Source: Candidatus Versatilivoraceae bacterium (lineage in GTDB: Bacteria; Acidobacteriota; Terriglobia; Versatilivoradales; Versatilivoraceae). Taken from it: a DNA stretch of 64,000 bases. Position 1 is the stretch's first letter, and each line of letters starts with the position of its first letter. Where the stretch lies: positions 2,494,022-2,558,021 of the forward strand of contig OZ240232.1 of assembly GCA_965197895.1 (NCBI GenBank), read 5' to 3'. The notes under the pieces were generated by a model. That model did no database searches and was not told the DNA's origin. It was given only the letters and a program-made list of their open reading frames with translations. Positions 1 through 11,004 of this stretch are shown piece by piece. A program made the position numbers and the translations under genes.

Positions 1-1
1 G

Positions 2-361
2 GAAGGCACCTCCCAACCTCTCCGCTTGAAGGAAGTGACACCTGGTGATTTCGATCAATTCCTGATTCTGCAGGCCCGAGCGGAAGTCGTGGAAGAGAAA
101 CTGAAAAAAAAGATCACGGCACTGTTGGTTGAAGAGGATCAAGAACTGCGGGAACACGACTTGACTTTGAATCGGGCGGACAAAGATGGCCTGGCAACCT
201 CAAAGGCCAGGGATCCTTGCTACCTGGAAAGGATGCACCGGAAGTGGTGGCAGCAGCAGTACGCCGCTGCAACCATCGAGATCTTTGAGCAATCCTTTGC
301 TGAGGTGAAGGAGATGTTGCTCAGCCCCGTTCAGCCGTTTTCAGAGACAGGCATCCACTAG
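2..361 (+). CDS. hypothetical protein, C-terminal part (frame is open to the window edge)
   Basis: The ORF 26..361 frame has no stop back to position 2. The product is a charged, helical sequence with no recognisable motif. Confidence 0.35.
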   Translation, partial: EGTSQPLRLKEVTPGDFDQFLILQARAEVVEEKLKKKITALLVEEDQELREHDLTLNRADKDGLATSKARDPCYLERMHRKWWQQQYAAATIEIFEQSFAEVKEMLLSPVQPFSETGIH

Positions 362-490
362 CCAACGGACCCCGCCGAGAATCAGCCATCGATTCCGGGG
401 CCAGGTAAAGAAAGGGTTCCCTATGCACGCCATTGGGAGTCGGAAAGATGTTGCGGGGGCTGTCTTCCCCGGTGTTTGCCAAACTCTTGT

Positions 491-1885
491 CTAACTCTTC
501 TGCCCATGCCAGGGACCGGTGATCGCCAGGGTGATGCCCGGATTCTGAATGTTGACGAAGAGGGTGGTTCCATCAGGAGAGAAGGTCCCACCGGCAAACT
601 CGGAGTTGTTGAACACGTTGCGGCCGAGCTTGTAGAGTCCGCCTGCGGGAGTTACCCCAACCACAAATTGTTCATCCGGACCGTCCTCGCAGAGGATCAG
701 ATCTCCCCAGGGCGCTACCGTCAGGTTATCCGCGTTCTCAACCAGGTTGCCATCGTCGGGCTCGATAAACAGCTCCAGTTTCCCCGGTCTTTTATTCTCG
801 TCCTGTTTCCCTTCTTCAGGGCTGGGCGCATAACGCCACACTTGTCCCTTTTTCTTGGGACCCCCATTGGTGCAGACAAAGTAGACCCAACCTTTGTCCC
901 ACCACATGCCCTCGCCCCGAGCGAAACGAGCCGCTCCCTTATGGACGAAGCCCTGATAGCGTAGATCATTATTGGGGGACTCAACCTCTTCTATCTCGGC
1001 CCACTCGACCTCAAAAGAGTGGCCCGGCAGCACTCTGCGCTCGGCCCAGTTTCGGGTGTCCAGACGACGCCGGTCCCTCACCCGCAGCGCCTGCAGACGC
1101 CCACCCGCAACCAGTTTGCCGGGTACATGCGGGATAAAGCGGTACAACAGCCCATCGCCACGGTCCTCCGTCTCATAGACAATGCCGGTGTTGGGATCAA
1201 CGGCAACGGCTTCGTGCACGAAACGTCCCATGGCCGTCAGGGGCACGGCCGAAGTGAGCCCAACCTCGCTGCTGGCCGGCACTTCGAAGTTGTAGCCGTG
1301 GTCTCGGCTGTAGCGTCCCTCCTTCTTCTGCACCGTCTCCTCACAGGTGATCCAGCTTCCCCAGGGCGTGGGCCCGCCCGCGCAGTTGCGCACGGTCCCG
1401 GCCAGGCTCAGGAAATGCTTTTCCAGGCGCATTTCACCAGTGTTGTAGACGAGGGTAGAGGTCCCCCCCAGGCAAGGCCTCCTCCCCCGGCCCGCGTCAT
1501 AAAATTTTTGCCGGTCTGTTTCCTTAAATAGCTCGCTGACGGGTCCAAAGGCCCCGACGGACTGGTGGTCGAAGCTCAATTCATGGTTCCGGACCAAAAT
1601 CGTGCTCCCCCTCGGACCTGGGAAGGCGGCCATCCCGTCATGGAGACCGGGAACCTTGTAGCCGTCATCCATGAGCTCTCCGACCTTGGAGATGGTCCGA
1701 TAGCTGAAGCCTGCGGGTAGCTGGATCACCCCCTCGGGGTCCGGCTGCAGATCTCCATATCCTGCCGACGCACTCGGTGTGGGGTTGGCCTTCAAGAAAC
1801 CACTGTCGCTGAGGGAGCGAAGCCCCAGGAAGCCCAAGGTGTAGGCCCCTGAGGCTCGTAGAAACGATCTTCGGGAGGATCTCAT
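491..1885 (-). CDS. phoX: PhoX-like (DUF839) secreted phosphatase with Tat signal
   Basis: An internal Met gives MRSSRRSFLRASGAYTLGFLGL, a twin-arginine signal. The PTPWGSWITCEE motif and beta-propeller-like repeats are typical of PhoX/DUF839. Start was moved from 1996 to the Tat-signal Met. Confidence 0.7.
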   Translation of the reverse strand: MRSSRRSFLRASGAYTLGFLGLRSLSDSGFLKANPTPSASAGYGDLQPDPEGVIQLPAGFSYRTISKVGELMDDGYKVPGLHDGMAAFPGPRGSTILVRNHELSFDHQSVGAFGPVSELFKETDRQKFYDAGRGRRPCLGGTSTLVYNTGEMRLEKHFLSLAGTVRNCAGGPTPWGSWITCEETVQKKEGRYSRDHGYNFEVPASSEVGLTSAVPLTAMGRFVHEAVAVDPNTGIVYETEDRGDGLLYRFIPHVPGKLVAGGRLQALRVRDRRRLDTRNWAERRVLPGHSFEVEWAEIEEVESPNNDLRYQGFVHKGAARFARGEGMWWDKGWVYFVCTNGGPKKKGQVWRYAPSPEEGKQDENKRPGKLELFIEPDDGNLVENADNLTVAPWGDLILCEDGPDEQFVVGVTPAGGLYKLGRNVFNNSEFAGGTFSPDGTTLFVNIQNPGITLAITGPWHGQKS

Positions 1886-2255
1886 GACGGTGTACCTTTC
1901 TTGCAACCTGGTTGCCGGGCCGCGCGTGCGAGTCGCCGCTACAAACTCCCAACACCATGGCGGCCGACCGTGGTGCAAATTCCTGATCTCTGTCAAAGTT
2001 CTGAAATTCGAGCCTATCTTAGCAAGAACAGGACCGCCGGATCAGATAAATTTACGGTAAAGGCCAGTCCGCCTGGCAGACAGTCATCCAATCGGCGTTC
2101 CTCCCAACCGGCGTGCCGGCCCTTGCCGCGGATCCATCCAAGCAGGCCGAAAAAAGTCATCGACGGTTAGGCAACTATGGTATTTTAGGCCATTTCCACT
2201 TGGTCCGGGCCAGGTCCGGCCCAGCATAGGGCTTTTTTCACTTGGCCCTGAATCT

Positions 2256-3368
2256 ATGAAGATCGATCAAATCGAACTCCGTGAAGTACAGATGCCGCTC
2301 ATCTCCTTCTTTGAGACCAGCTTCGGCCGGACGAGCCTGCGCCGGGTGATTCTGGTTCGGGTTTTTGGCGATGGAATGGTCGGTTATGGGGAATCCACCG
2401 CACCGGAGGGTCCGTTCTACAATCACGAATCGACCGCCACCGCCTGGCACGTGCTCGAGGACTTCGTCATCCCTAAAATCTTCCTCTCCGAGATCGACCA
2501 TCCCCGGGACGTGGCTCCCTTGCTCAAACCAATCCGCGGTCACAATATGGCCAAGGCCGCTGTGGAAACGGCGATCTGGGATCTCTATGCCCGTTCGCTG
2601 GGAAAGCCCCTCCACGAGCTCCTCGGGGGGCGGCGCCAAAGGCTGGATTGCGGCGTGTCTATTGGCATTCAAAAGAGCCCCAAGGATCTCCTCGGCAAGA
2701 TCGAGAAAGAGTTGCAGGCCGGCTACCAGCGTATCAAGATCAAAATCAAGCCCGGTTGGGATATAGCTGTCGTCCGCGAGGTCAGAAAGCAATTTCCCGA
2801 GATAGCGCTGATGTGCGATGCCAACTCTGCTTACACGCTGGCGGACCTGGAGCACCTGAAGGCTTTGGATGATTTCGATCTGTTAATGATTGAACAACCC
2901 TTGGCTTGGAATGACATCCTGGACCACGTCCAGCTGCAAAAGGCCTTGCGGACACCCATCTGCCTGGATGAATCCATACTGGATGGGGAAGACGCTCGCA
3001 AGGCGATCGAAGCAGGCGCCTGTCGAATCGTCAATATCAAGTTAGGGAGAGTCGGCGGTTATAGCGAAGCTATCCGGGTCCACGACGTCTGCCAGGCACG
3101 AAATATCCCTGTCTGGTGCGGGGGAATGCTGGAATCGGGCGTCGGTCGAGCCCACAACGTCGCCCTCTCGACCCTACGGAATTTCACCCTGCCGGGGGAT
3201 GTTTCCGCCAGCAAGCGCTACTTTCATCAAGACCTCATCGAGCCCGAGGTCGAAGTGGACCCCCAGGGAAGGATTCACGTCCTGCCGGACGCCGGTATCG
3301 GTTTCCAACCCAATATGAAACGCATTGAGCGAGTAACGGTGCGAACCACTTGGCTACGTCCCCAATAG
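2256..3368 (+). CDS. menC: enolase-superfamily o-succinylbenzoate synthase / N-acylamino-acid racemase family
   Basis: The KxK motif (IKIKIKPG), metal ligands (CDANSAY, IEQP, LDES) and NIKLGRVGG are typical of the OSBS/NAAAR subgroup. Confidence 0.7.
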   Translation: MKIDQIELREVQMPLISFFETSFGRTSLRRVILVRVFGDGMVGYGESTAPEGPFYNHESTATAWHVLEDFVIPKIFLSEIDHPRDVAPLLKPIRGHNMAKAAVETAIWDLYARSLGKPLHELLGGRRQRLDCGVSIGIQKSPKDLLGKIEKELQAGYQRIKIKIKPGWDIAVVREVRKQFPEIALMCDANSAYTLADLEHLKALDDFDLLMIEQPLAWNDILDHVQLQKALRTPICLDESILDGEDARKAIEAGACRIVNIKLGRVGGYSEAIRVHDVCQARNIPVWCGGMLESGVGRAHNVALSTLRNFTLPGDVSASKRYFHQDLIEPEVEVDPQGRIHVLPDAGIGFQPNMKRIERVTVRTTWLRPQ

Positions 3369-3601
3369 ATGGGCCGGTAGCCGTCGATCTATCGATTTCT
3401 TGACGGCACACACGGTGCTGGGCGGGCCCTGGCTGGTCTTTTTTCCCTTCAGCCCGCCCATGCTCGCTCAAGAGCAATCCCCGGCTGCGCTTTCGGTCGC
3501 GAGCACGCGCTGAAGGAAAACATACTGCCCGATCCCTGCGCTCGCCTCGCCAGTGCAGCCCCCCGGTGCGAAACGCGGGCTAAGAGCGGGGTCTGCGCGA
3601 C

Positions 3602-4900
3602 TCATCTCGGCATCCGGGGTTGTTGGGCCGGCAGTTGCGCCCGTTTCAGCAATCGCTGGAGCGCCTCCTTCACTTGAGCCGGGGTAATGCTGAGAATACA
3701 GCGCGGCTCATCGTAGACAAGGCAGCGGTAGCCGGGACAGGGATTGCAGTCAAAAGGGTTTTGAACAATTTCATGGGTCGTTTGCCAGGGATGCCAAAGC
3801 CCTGAGTCGGAAGATCCGAAAAGAACCAGCGTCGGCACTCCCAGTCCTGCCGCCAGATGGGTAGGGCCGCTGTCGTTGCCGACGAACAGACTGGCTTGAC
3901 CTACCACCCAAGTCAACTCGGAGATCGAAAGCCCCCAAATCGCAGCCGGCCGGGTCTGGCAAAGGGCGGAGACGCTCCTGATTTTCGACGCCTCATCTTC
4001 GGCGCCAACCAGCAAGGTTGCGCAATCGTGCTGGTTCTGCAGGTAATCTGAGATCTCGGCAAACCCGGAATCGGTCCACTCCTTGGTATGGAAGCGGGAG
4101 TTGGGTTGAATCACGCAATAGGGTTGGGATGGCGAGAGTCCTGCCTCCCGGAGCCGAGCCTCCAGGAGGGGCTTGAGATCCGGGTCGGGGTACAGGCGCG
4201 AGGGCGGCGGGGGACCTTCCGGCAGGCCAAGTTGGTGAAGCCATTCCAGTTGGAATCGTGCGGAATGCCAGTGGATTCCTGGCGGCGGCTGGGGCGATTT
4301 CAGCCGCAGGTTGTAGCAAAAGGAGTTGCGAAAACTGTGCAGGCCGATGCGATAACGAGCCTTGCTCATCCCGGTGAGCCAGGCGCTGGTGGTGCCTCCA
4401 TGCAGATTGATGCAGCAATCGAAGCGCTGCCGCCTGATTTTCCCTAGCGTCTGCCAGCGAGCAACCAGCGAAGACCGTTGCTTGACCGTATTTACCGGCA
4501 GGCAGAAAACGGATCGCAGATCGGGATTTCTCAGCAGAACCTCGTCATAGGGTTTTTCAACGAGCGCAGAGAGCTGTAAGTCCGGCCTCCAGTCCTTGAG
4601 GGCGGCATAAAGCGGCGTCGACAGAATCGTGTCTCCCAGGGAGCGCAGCCGGATGAACAGGACCTTCGAACCGGGGGAGAGTTCGGTTAACAATCCTTTC
4701 CGATGCTTCACCTCGAAGGCCTCCAGCCTCTGCCCTAAGCGCAGCCAGTCTTCGCCGCGCTGCTCAGCCCGGTGGGCGGATGCCTCCTCCGGACCGGCAG
4801 CGAGAGCCGATGGAGTTCTGCCGCCCGGCCGATAAGCATCCTCTATCGTGATGTGAACTGTATCATAACCTGCGATCACCCCTCGGAGGGACGGTCCCAA
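3602..4900 (-). CDS. glycosyltransferase family 9 (LPS heptosyltransferase-like)
   Basis: LFIRLRSLGDTILSTPLYAALK at the N-terminal core and GNDSGPTHLAAGLGVPTLVLFG at the C-terminus are GT9 hallmarks. There is a ~75-aa N-terminal extension and the start is uncertain. Confidence 0.7.
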   Translation of the reverse strand: MGPSLRGVIAGYDTVHITIEDAYRPGGRTPSALAAGPEEASAHRAEQRGEDWLRLGQRLEAFEVKHRKGLLTELSPGSKVLFIRLRSLGDTILSTPLYAALKDWRPDLQLSALVEKPYDEVLLRNPDLRSVFCLPVNTVKQRSSLVARWQTLGKIRRQRFDCCINLHGGTTSAWLTGMSKARYRIGLHSFRNSFCYNLRLKSPQPPPGIHWHSARFQLEWLHQLGLPEGPPPPSRLYPDPDLKPLLEARLREAGLSPSQPYCVIQPNSRFHTKEWTDSGFAEISDYLQNQHDCATLLVGAEDEASKIRSVSALCQTRPAAIWGLSISELTWVVGQASLFVGNDSGPTHLAAGLGVPTLVLFGSSDSGLWHPWQTTHEIVQNPFDCNPCPGYRCLVYDEPRCILSITPAQVKEALQRLLKRAQLPAQQPRMPR

Positions 4901-5168
4901 ACCGATCTGGCGGGTGCGTGCGAATCACCCTGGCCGATCCTCCACCTCCAAGGTGTCTTTCGGGATAGCGGCCGCGGCCGAAATCTTCAAACTTCACTCG
5001 TTTGGTGTTACACTGTGCGGGCGTTGGTTTTCCTGCTGGAATGGGTATAACTTCTTTTGACACAAGTATTTTCCAAGGTTCCGAGAACCGAGGCTCCCCT
5101 GGATGGTGAAAAATTCGGGTCAGGTCTGCAAGTATCTCCAGGTCACTGATCGTGCAGGGCTGTAAGGG

Positions 5169-6551
5169 GTGGTAGACTGGATCACGCATTTGAGGTTGGT
5201 TATAACGGGAGGTAGGGTCGTGGCGACCAAGGATGAAAAGAGCGAAGTTCTGGAAGCGATCGACGGCATGCAAGACGAAATTGTGGAAGCTGTCAGTGAA
5301 CTGGTACGGATTCGTAGCGTCAACCCCGGCTACCCGGGGACTGACTATGAGGCCGAGCTCGGGGGAGAAACGGAAGCCAACCGGTACCTGGCCGAACACT
5401 ACCAGGCGATGGGTCTCCCCGTCGATCTGTGGGAGGTAGAGACCAGGCGGGCCAATCTGGCCGGCGTCTGGAAGGGTACCGGCGGGGGCAAGTCTCTGCT
5501 CTTTAACGGCCACATTGATACCGTCCCCACCGGGCTTCCCGAAAAATGGAAGTCCGGGGATCCCCTCAGCGGCAAAGTGGACGGAGGCCGTGTCTATGGG
5601 CGCGGGTCCTGTGACATGAAAGGGCCGCTGGTCTCTCAGATGATGGCGGCCAAAGCCATTCAGAGCGTGGGTCTCAAGCTCAAGGGAGACCTCACTCTGA
5701 CCGCTACTGCCGGCGAAGAGAATATGGATAGCGCCACCATCGGGGCCGGCGACATTCCCAAGCGCGGCTATCGGGCCGACGCCGCGGTCGTGTCAGAGCC
5801 TTCAGCACCGCCTTATCCCTTGGCGGTCGTGCCGGTTTCGCCGGGATTGTGGTGGGTCAGCGTGACCGTGGAAGGGAAGGCCAGCCATGCTTCAACCAGA
5901 GGCGAGACTTTTCGGGCCGGCGGCCTCGGGGCTGAGGTAGCCGTCAATGCCATCGACAAGGGAGTCTACCTGGTGAACGCTATCCGTAAACTCGAGGATG
6001 AGTGGGGATTGACCAAGAAGCATCCGCTGTTTAAGCCCGGTCATTTCACCATGCTGCCAGGCGTCATTTCGGGCGGCCCCCACGGCGTGCAGGTTCCCTT
6101 CTTCATCTCAGATTACTGTACGATCGAGTATTGCCTGTGGTATCACCCCCAGGATTCTCCCCAGGCAGTCCAGCAGGAGTTCGAGAGTTATATCAACCAT
6201 TCCTGTCAGTTGGACGAGTGGCTGCGCCATCACCCCCCCAAGGTGGAGTGGAAGGTCAACTGGCCGGCTTTTTCGGTGAACCCCGACCACGCCATTTGCA
6301 AGGCCGTGGCAGCCGCCCATGGGGAAGCCGCTCAGGGGACTCGCTTTCACGTCCCGGCCAAGTTTGCCGGATTTTACGCGGTCTGCGATGCGGCGTTTCT
6401 CAATCCACAGGGCATTCCGAGTATTGTTTACGGTCCTGGAAGCATCTTGGTGGCCCATGCCGCTGACGAGTATGTTGAAATTGACGAGTTGATGGTAGCC
6501 ACCAAGACTTATGCCTTGTTGGCCATGGATTGGTGTGAAGTGAGCGGCTAG
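5169..6551 (+). CDS. M20 family metallopeptidase (ArgE/DapE-like deacylase)
   Basis: LLFNGHIDTVP, GRGSCDMKG and GEEN metal-binding motifs. The listed start is GTG and the true start is uncertain. Confidence 0.75.
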   Translation: MVDWITHLRLVITGGRVVATKDEKSEVLEAIDGMQDEIVEAVSELVRIRSVNPGYPGTDYEAELGGETEANRYLAEHYQAMGLPVDLWEVETRRANLAGVWKGTGGGKSLLFNGHIDTVPTGLPEKWKSGDPLSGKVDGGRVYGRGSCDMKGPLVSQMMAAKAIQSVGLKLKGDLTLTATAGEENMDSATIGAGDIPKRGYRADAAVVSEPSAPPYPLAVVPVSPGLWWVSVTVEGKASHASTRGETFRAGGLGAEVAVNAIDKGVYLVNAIRKLEDEWGLTKKHPLFKPGHFTMLPGVISGGPHGVQVPFFISDYCTIEYCLWYHPQDSPQAVQQEFESYINHSCQLDEWLRHHPPKVEWKVNWPAFSVNPDHAICKAVAAAHGEAAQGTRFHVPAKFAGFYAVCDAAFLNPQGIPSIVYGPGSILVAHAADEYVEIDELMVATKTYALLAMDWCEVSG

Positions 6552-6612
6552 CAGGCTGGCAATGGTTACGGCGTCTGGCGTGCAGGCTCCAGGCTCGGCA
6601 ATGGGAGTGGCT

Positions 6613-8022
6613 ATGAGCAACCATCCAATCGTTTATCCCTATATTCCCAACTCGGTCCCTGAAATCAAGGCCCGGATGCTCAAGGAGATCGGTGCCGGCA
6701 GTATCGAGGAGTTGTATGCCGAGATCCCGGCCCACCTGAGGTTTGAGGGCGAGCTGAAGCTACCGGAGCCCATCCTGGACGAGGCGTCGATCAAGAGGCA
6801 TGTGGAACAGCTTTTGAAGAAGAACAGGAACGGTTCAGATCACCTCAATTTTCTTGGGGCGGGCTGTGCTCAGCATTATGTGCCGGCTATTTGCGACGAG
6901 ATCAACAACCGTGGCGAGTTCCTCACCGCTTACGTTGGAGAGTCCTATGCCGATCATGGCAAGTGGCAGGCATTTTTCGAGTACGCCAGCCTGATGGGAG
7001 ACCTCCTTGAGATGGATATCCTGAGCTGCCCTCTTTATGACGGACCCCAAGCAGCCGCCACTTCTCTCCGCATGGCCTCTCGAATCACCGGACGCACTCA
7101 GGTTCTCCTGCCGAGGTCCATGGGCTCGGAAACCCTGCCTGTGATCAGGAACTATCTCAAGGGGGGCGGGGACTCGACACTCGAAATAGGGCTCATCGAG
7201 ATGGATCCCCAAACCGGCTTGCTGGATATGCAGGACCTGAAAGCCAAACTTTCGGCCCGGACCGCGGCGGTGGTGATCGAAAACCCCTCCTACCTGGGTG
7301 TCATTGAAACCCAAGCCGAGGAGGTGGGTCGGATGGTTCGAACCCATGGCTCCGAGTTCGTGGTCTACACAGACCCCATCTCCCTGGGTGTCCTGGCCCC
7401 GCCGGCCGGCTATGGGGCCACCTTTGCCTGCGGCGACTTTCATCCTTTGGGAATGCATATGCTTTGTGGTGGTGGACAGGGTGGCTTTATCGCCACCCAT
7501 GACGACATGAAATATGTCGCCGAATTCAAGGACTTGATGTTCGGTTTGACCGAGACGGTTCGCGAAGGGGAGTATGGGTTTGGGGAAGTGCTCTTCGAGA
7601 GGACCTCCTATGGATCCCGCGAAAAGGGTAAGGAATACACCGGAACCACCACCGGGTTGTGGGCCATCACAGCCGGGGTGTATCTGGCTTTGTTAGGGCC
7701 AAAAGGGATGCAGGAGATCGGCCGCACCATCCTGCAGAAATCTCACTATGCTGCCAAACGCATCGCTGGGATCGACGGTGTCGAGGTTCTGTTTGGCACC
7801 CCGTTCTTCAAGGAATTTGTGGTGAGTTTTGAAAACACAGGTAAGAGCGTGAGTCAGGTCAACAAGGCTTTGCTGGGGCAGCAGATTATCGGCGGCAAAG
7901 ATATCTCTCAGGAATTTCCCGAGCTCGGCCAGAGCGCCCTCTATTGCGTGACTGAAATCATGACCAAAGAAGACATCGACCGGTTAGTTTTTGCCTTGGA
8001 AACGGTCACCCGGGAAAGTTGA
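6613..8022 (+). CDS. gcvPA: glycine dehydrogenase (decarboxylating) subunit 1
   Basis: The N-terminus MSNHPIVYPYIPNS... and overall similarity match the split P-protein alpha subunit. It sits directly upstream of the subunit 2 gene. Confidence 0.9.
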   Translation: MSNHPIVYPYIPNSVPEIKARMLKEIGAGSIEELYAEIPAHLRFEGELKLPEPILDEASIKRHVEQLLKKNRNGSDHLNFLGAGCAQHYVPAICDEINNRGEFLTAYVGESYADHGKWQAFFEYASLMGDLLEMDILSCPLYDGPQAAATSLRMASRITGRTQVLLPRSMGSETLPVIRNYLKGGGDSTLEIGLIEMDPQTGLLDMQDLKAKLSARTAAVVIENPSYLGVIETQAEEVGRMVRTHGSEFVVYTDPISLGVLAPPAGYGATFACGDFHPLGMHMLCGGGQGGFIATHDDMKYVAEFKDLMFGLTETVREGEYGFGEVLFERTSYGSREKGKEYTGTTTGLWAITAGVYLALLGPKGMQEIGRTILQKSHYAAKRIAGIDGVEVLFGTPFFKEFVVSFENTGKSVSQVNKALLGQQIIGGKDISQEFPELGQSALYCVTEIMTKEDIDRLVFALETVTRES

Positions 8023-8057
8023 GAATCACCGAACCGGTTGCATAAAGAGAGGATTCA

Positions 8058-9629
8058 ATGGGTAGAGACAGAAGCACGCTGCTGCGGAAGTTTCACCAGG
8101 CGCGCTGGGACGAGCAAATCATCTGCGAGATGAGTGTCCCGGGTGAAAGGGGCATTCTGGTTCCCAAGGTTGAAAAGGCCATAGAAGCTGAGGTTGGGGA
8201 CGGACTATCCGCGATCCCGGAAACCCTTCGGAGAAAGACGCCGGCAGCCCTGCCCGAAGTGAGCCAGGTGCGCGTCCTCCGCCATTTCCTGAGATTGTCT
8301 CAGGAGACTATGGGCGCAGACATGACGGTCGATGTCAGTGAGGGGACCTGCACCATGAAATACAGCCCCAAGGTTCACGAGCATCTGACCAGAAACCCGG
8401 GGATCAGGGATATTCATCCACTCCAGGACGCGGACACCATTCAGGGCATTCTGGAGATTTATTTCAAGTTGGAGGAGTTCCTCAGGGAAATCTCCGGTCT
8501 CGATCACTTCAGCTTCCAACCCGGGGGCGGAGCCCAGGGAGTCTACGCCAATGCCTGCATCGTGCGGGCCTATCATGAGGCCAGGAATGATGGAAAACGA
8601 TCCGAGATCATCACCACCCTGTTCTCACATCCCTGTGATGCGGCCGGTCCAGCCACCGCAGGATACAAAGTCGTCACGCTCATGCCCGATGTGAATGGCT
8701 ATCCCGACCTGGAAGCCATGAAAGCAGCTTTGTCCGAGCGCACGGCCGGGATTTTCATTACCAACCCGGAGGATACCGGAATTTACAATCCCAAGATTGA
8801 TGAGTATGTCAAGGCTGCCCACCAGGCGGGAGCGCTCTGTGCCTACGACCAGGCCAACGCCAACGGGATTCTGGGCATTACCCGAGCCAAGGAGGCCGGA
8901 TTCGACTTGTGCCATTTCAATATCCACAAGACCTTTTCCTCTCCTCATGCTTGTATGGGGCATTCCACCGGAGCCATTGGAGTGAGGCGGGAGCTGGGCA
9001 AGTTTCTGCCGGTCCCCCGGGTGGCTTATAACGGGAAGAAGTATGTTCTGGAACAAGATGGGCCCCAAAGCATTGGGAGGGTGCGATGCTTTTTGGGAAA
9101 TGCGCCCACGGTTTTGCGAGCCTATGCCTGGGTTCTGCAGCATGGCGGGGACGGGCTGCGGGAAGTCGCCGAGTGCTCGGTACTCAACAACAACTATCTG
9201 CTCAAGAAGCTGAGCCAGATCCCGGGGGTCGTCATCCGGTATGCCGAAGGAAAACGCCGCTTGGAGCAGGTTCGCTACTCCTGGGACAAGCTGAAGCAGG
9301 ACACCGGGGTCGGTACCGAGGACGTGATGCGGAGAATGGCTGACTTCGGTCTGCAGCACTACTGGATGAGCCATCCTCCCTGGATCGTGCCGGAGCCGTT
9401 TACTTTGGAACCCTGTGAGTCTTATTCCAAGGACGATCTGGATGAGTATATCGCTGTCCTTCGCCAAATTTCCCGGGAGGCTTACCACGATCCTGAATTG
9501 GTCAAGAACTCTCCCCACAACTCCGTCGTCCACAGGGTTCCCTCACCGGGTATTGACGAACCCGGGAGAATAGCCGTAACTTGGCGCCAGTACCAAAGGA
9601 AGAAGCAGGCCAGTGCTAAAGCCAGGTAG
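8058..9629 (+). CDS. gcvPB: glycine dehydrogenase (decarboxylating) subunit 2
   Basis: PLP-lysine context NIHKTFSSPH, typical of GcvPB. Adjacent to gcvPA. Confidence 0.9.
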   Translation: MGRDRSTLLRKFHQARWDEQIICEMSVPGERGILVPKVEKAIEAEVGDGLSAIPETLRRKTPAALPEVSQVRVLRHFLRLSQETMGADMTVDVSEGTCTMKYSPKVHEHLTRNPGIRDIHPLQDADTIQGILEIYFKLEEFLREISGLDHFSFQPGGGAQGVYANACIVRAYHEARNDGKRSEIITTLFSHPCDAAGPATAGYKVVTLMPDVNGYPDLEAMKAALSERTAGIFITNPEDTGIYNPKIDEYVKAAHQAGALCAYDQANANGILGITRAKEAGFDLCHFNIHKTFSSPHACMGHSTGAIGVRRELGKFLPVPRVAYNGKKYVLEQDGPQSIGRVRCFLGNAPTVLRAYAWVLQHGGDGLREVAECSVLNNNYLLKKLSQIPGVVIRYAEGKRRLEQVRYSWDKLKQDTGVGTEDVMRRMADFGLQHYWMSHPPWIVPEPFTLEPCESYSKDDLDEYIAVLRQISREAYHDPELVKNSPHNSVVHRVPSPGIDEPGRIAVTWRQYQRKKQASAKAR

Positions 9630-9683
9630 CGATTTCCTACAGGCCATGGATGTCTCTTGGTACCGGTTGCCCGGCAATGGGCG

Positions 9684-10802
9684 ATGAAGACCTTGGGGCT
9701 AATCGTCAATCCGGTCGCTGGGATGGGAGGCAAGGTCGGGCTTAAAGGCAGCGACGGCAGGGAAGTCTTGCGAATGGCCCGGGAGCTGGGCGCGACTCCG
9801 GAGGCACCGCAGAGGGTCGGCCAAGCGCTGCGAGCTGTGGCTAAGATGAGAGAGCCGTTGCAGTTGATGACCTATCCTCATGAGATGGGAGAAGACGTTT
9901 GTCGAGCAGCAGGTTTGGCTCCCCGGGTACTCGGTTCCATTCGGACGGGGGAGACCACCTATGAGGACACCGAGAGGGCTGCCAGGCAGCTGTTGGAAGA
10001 ACAGGTTGACCTGCTGCTGTTCGCGGGCGGCGACGGAACCGCCCGGAACATTTGCCAGGCCGTGGGAAATCAATTGATCTCGTTGGGGATCCCGGCCGGA
10101 GTCAAGATTCATTCAGCCGTCTACGCAGTGACGCCCAGGGATGCCGGGGAAGTGGCCAGGATATTTCTCGAGGGTCGCTTGAGAAGTCTTCGAGAAGCTG
10201 AGGTCATGGATATTGACGAGGAGGCTTATCGCCAAGGGGTGGTCAGTGCCAGGCTTTACGGCTATCTGCGGGTGCCGGTAGAAAGCCGCTATGTCCAACC
10301 CATGAAGGCAGGCGGAACGGTGGCAGAGGCCGAAGCTCTGGCTGGGATTGCTGAGGACGTCATCGATTCCATGGACGGGTCGGAGATTTTCCTGATTGGA
10401 CCTGGGACGACCACTCGAGCCATCATGGAGAAGCTGGGACTCGCGAACACCCTGCTGGGTGTCGATGTCGTTTGCAATAGGCGCCTGGTCGCTCGGGACG
10501 TCTCCGAGAGCCAGCTGACAGAATTGATCTCCGGGCGTCGCGCCAAAATCGTGATGACCGTCATTGGAGGACAGGGCTATATTCTGGGCCGAGGCAACCA
10601 GCAAATCAGCCCCGCGGTGGTCCGGCAGGTCGGGAAGGACGGCATCCGGGTTGTGGCCACAAAAGAGAAGTTAGCTTCGTTGGGGGGCAGACCACTCCTG
10701 GTTGACACAGGTGACGAAGGGCTGAACCAAGAACTGGGTGGTTACGTGCGCGTGACCACGGGATACCGGGACTACGTGATCTACAAAGTTGGACATCATT
10801 GA
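9684..10802 (+). CDS. ATP-NAD kinase-like family protein (COG3199-type)
   Basis: The N-terminus MKTLGLIVNPVAGMGGKVGLKGSDG and GGDGT motif (FAGGDGTARN) support the call. Start was set at the internal Met that matches the family N-terminus. Confidence 0.6.
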   Translation: MKTLGLIVNPVAGMGGKVGLKGSDGREVLRMARELGATPEAPQRVGQALRAVAKMREPLQLMTYPHEMGEDVCRAAGLAPRVLGSIRTGETTYEDTERAARQLLEEQVDLLLFAGGDGTARNICQAVGNQLISLGIPAGVKIHSAVYAVTPRDAGEVARIFLEGRLRSLREAEVMDIDEEAYRQGVVSARLYGYLRVPVESRYVQPMKAGGTVAEAEALAGIAEDVIDSMDGSEIFLIGPGTTTRAIMEKLGLANTLLGVDVVCNRRLVARDVSESQLTELISGRRAKIVMTVIGGQGYILGRGNQQISPAVVRQVGKDGIRVVATKEKLASLGGRPLLVDTGDEGLNQELGGYVRVTTGYRDYVIYKVGHH

Positions 10803-11004
10803 GCAGGCTAGCCGGGGGCGACATCTACTGCCGAATCGAACCAGGAAGGGTCCACTTGCTGATTCAGGGTCAAATGCTAAAATGGCAAACGGCCTCGGTA
10901 GGCGAGCGAAGCACTCAGGGATCTCCGGTCGGACCAAAATTCTCTGTCAGCTCTTCTTGCCTTCGGCCGCAACTATCCTGAAGTATTCATTCTAAGAGTA
11001 TCTT

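Noticed and set aside
6552-6612. Glycine riboswitch upstream of gcvPA.
   Set aside because: Only ~60 nt separate the M20 peptidase stop from the gcvPA start. This is too short for a glycine aptamer, and no conserved core was seen.
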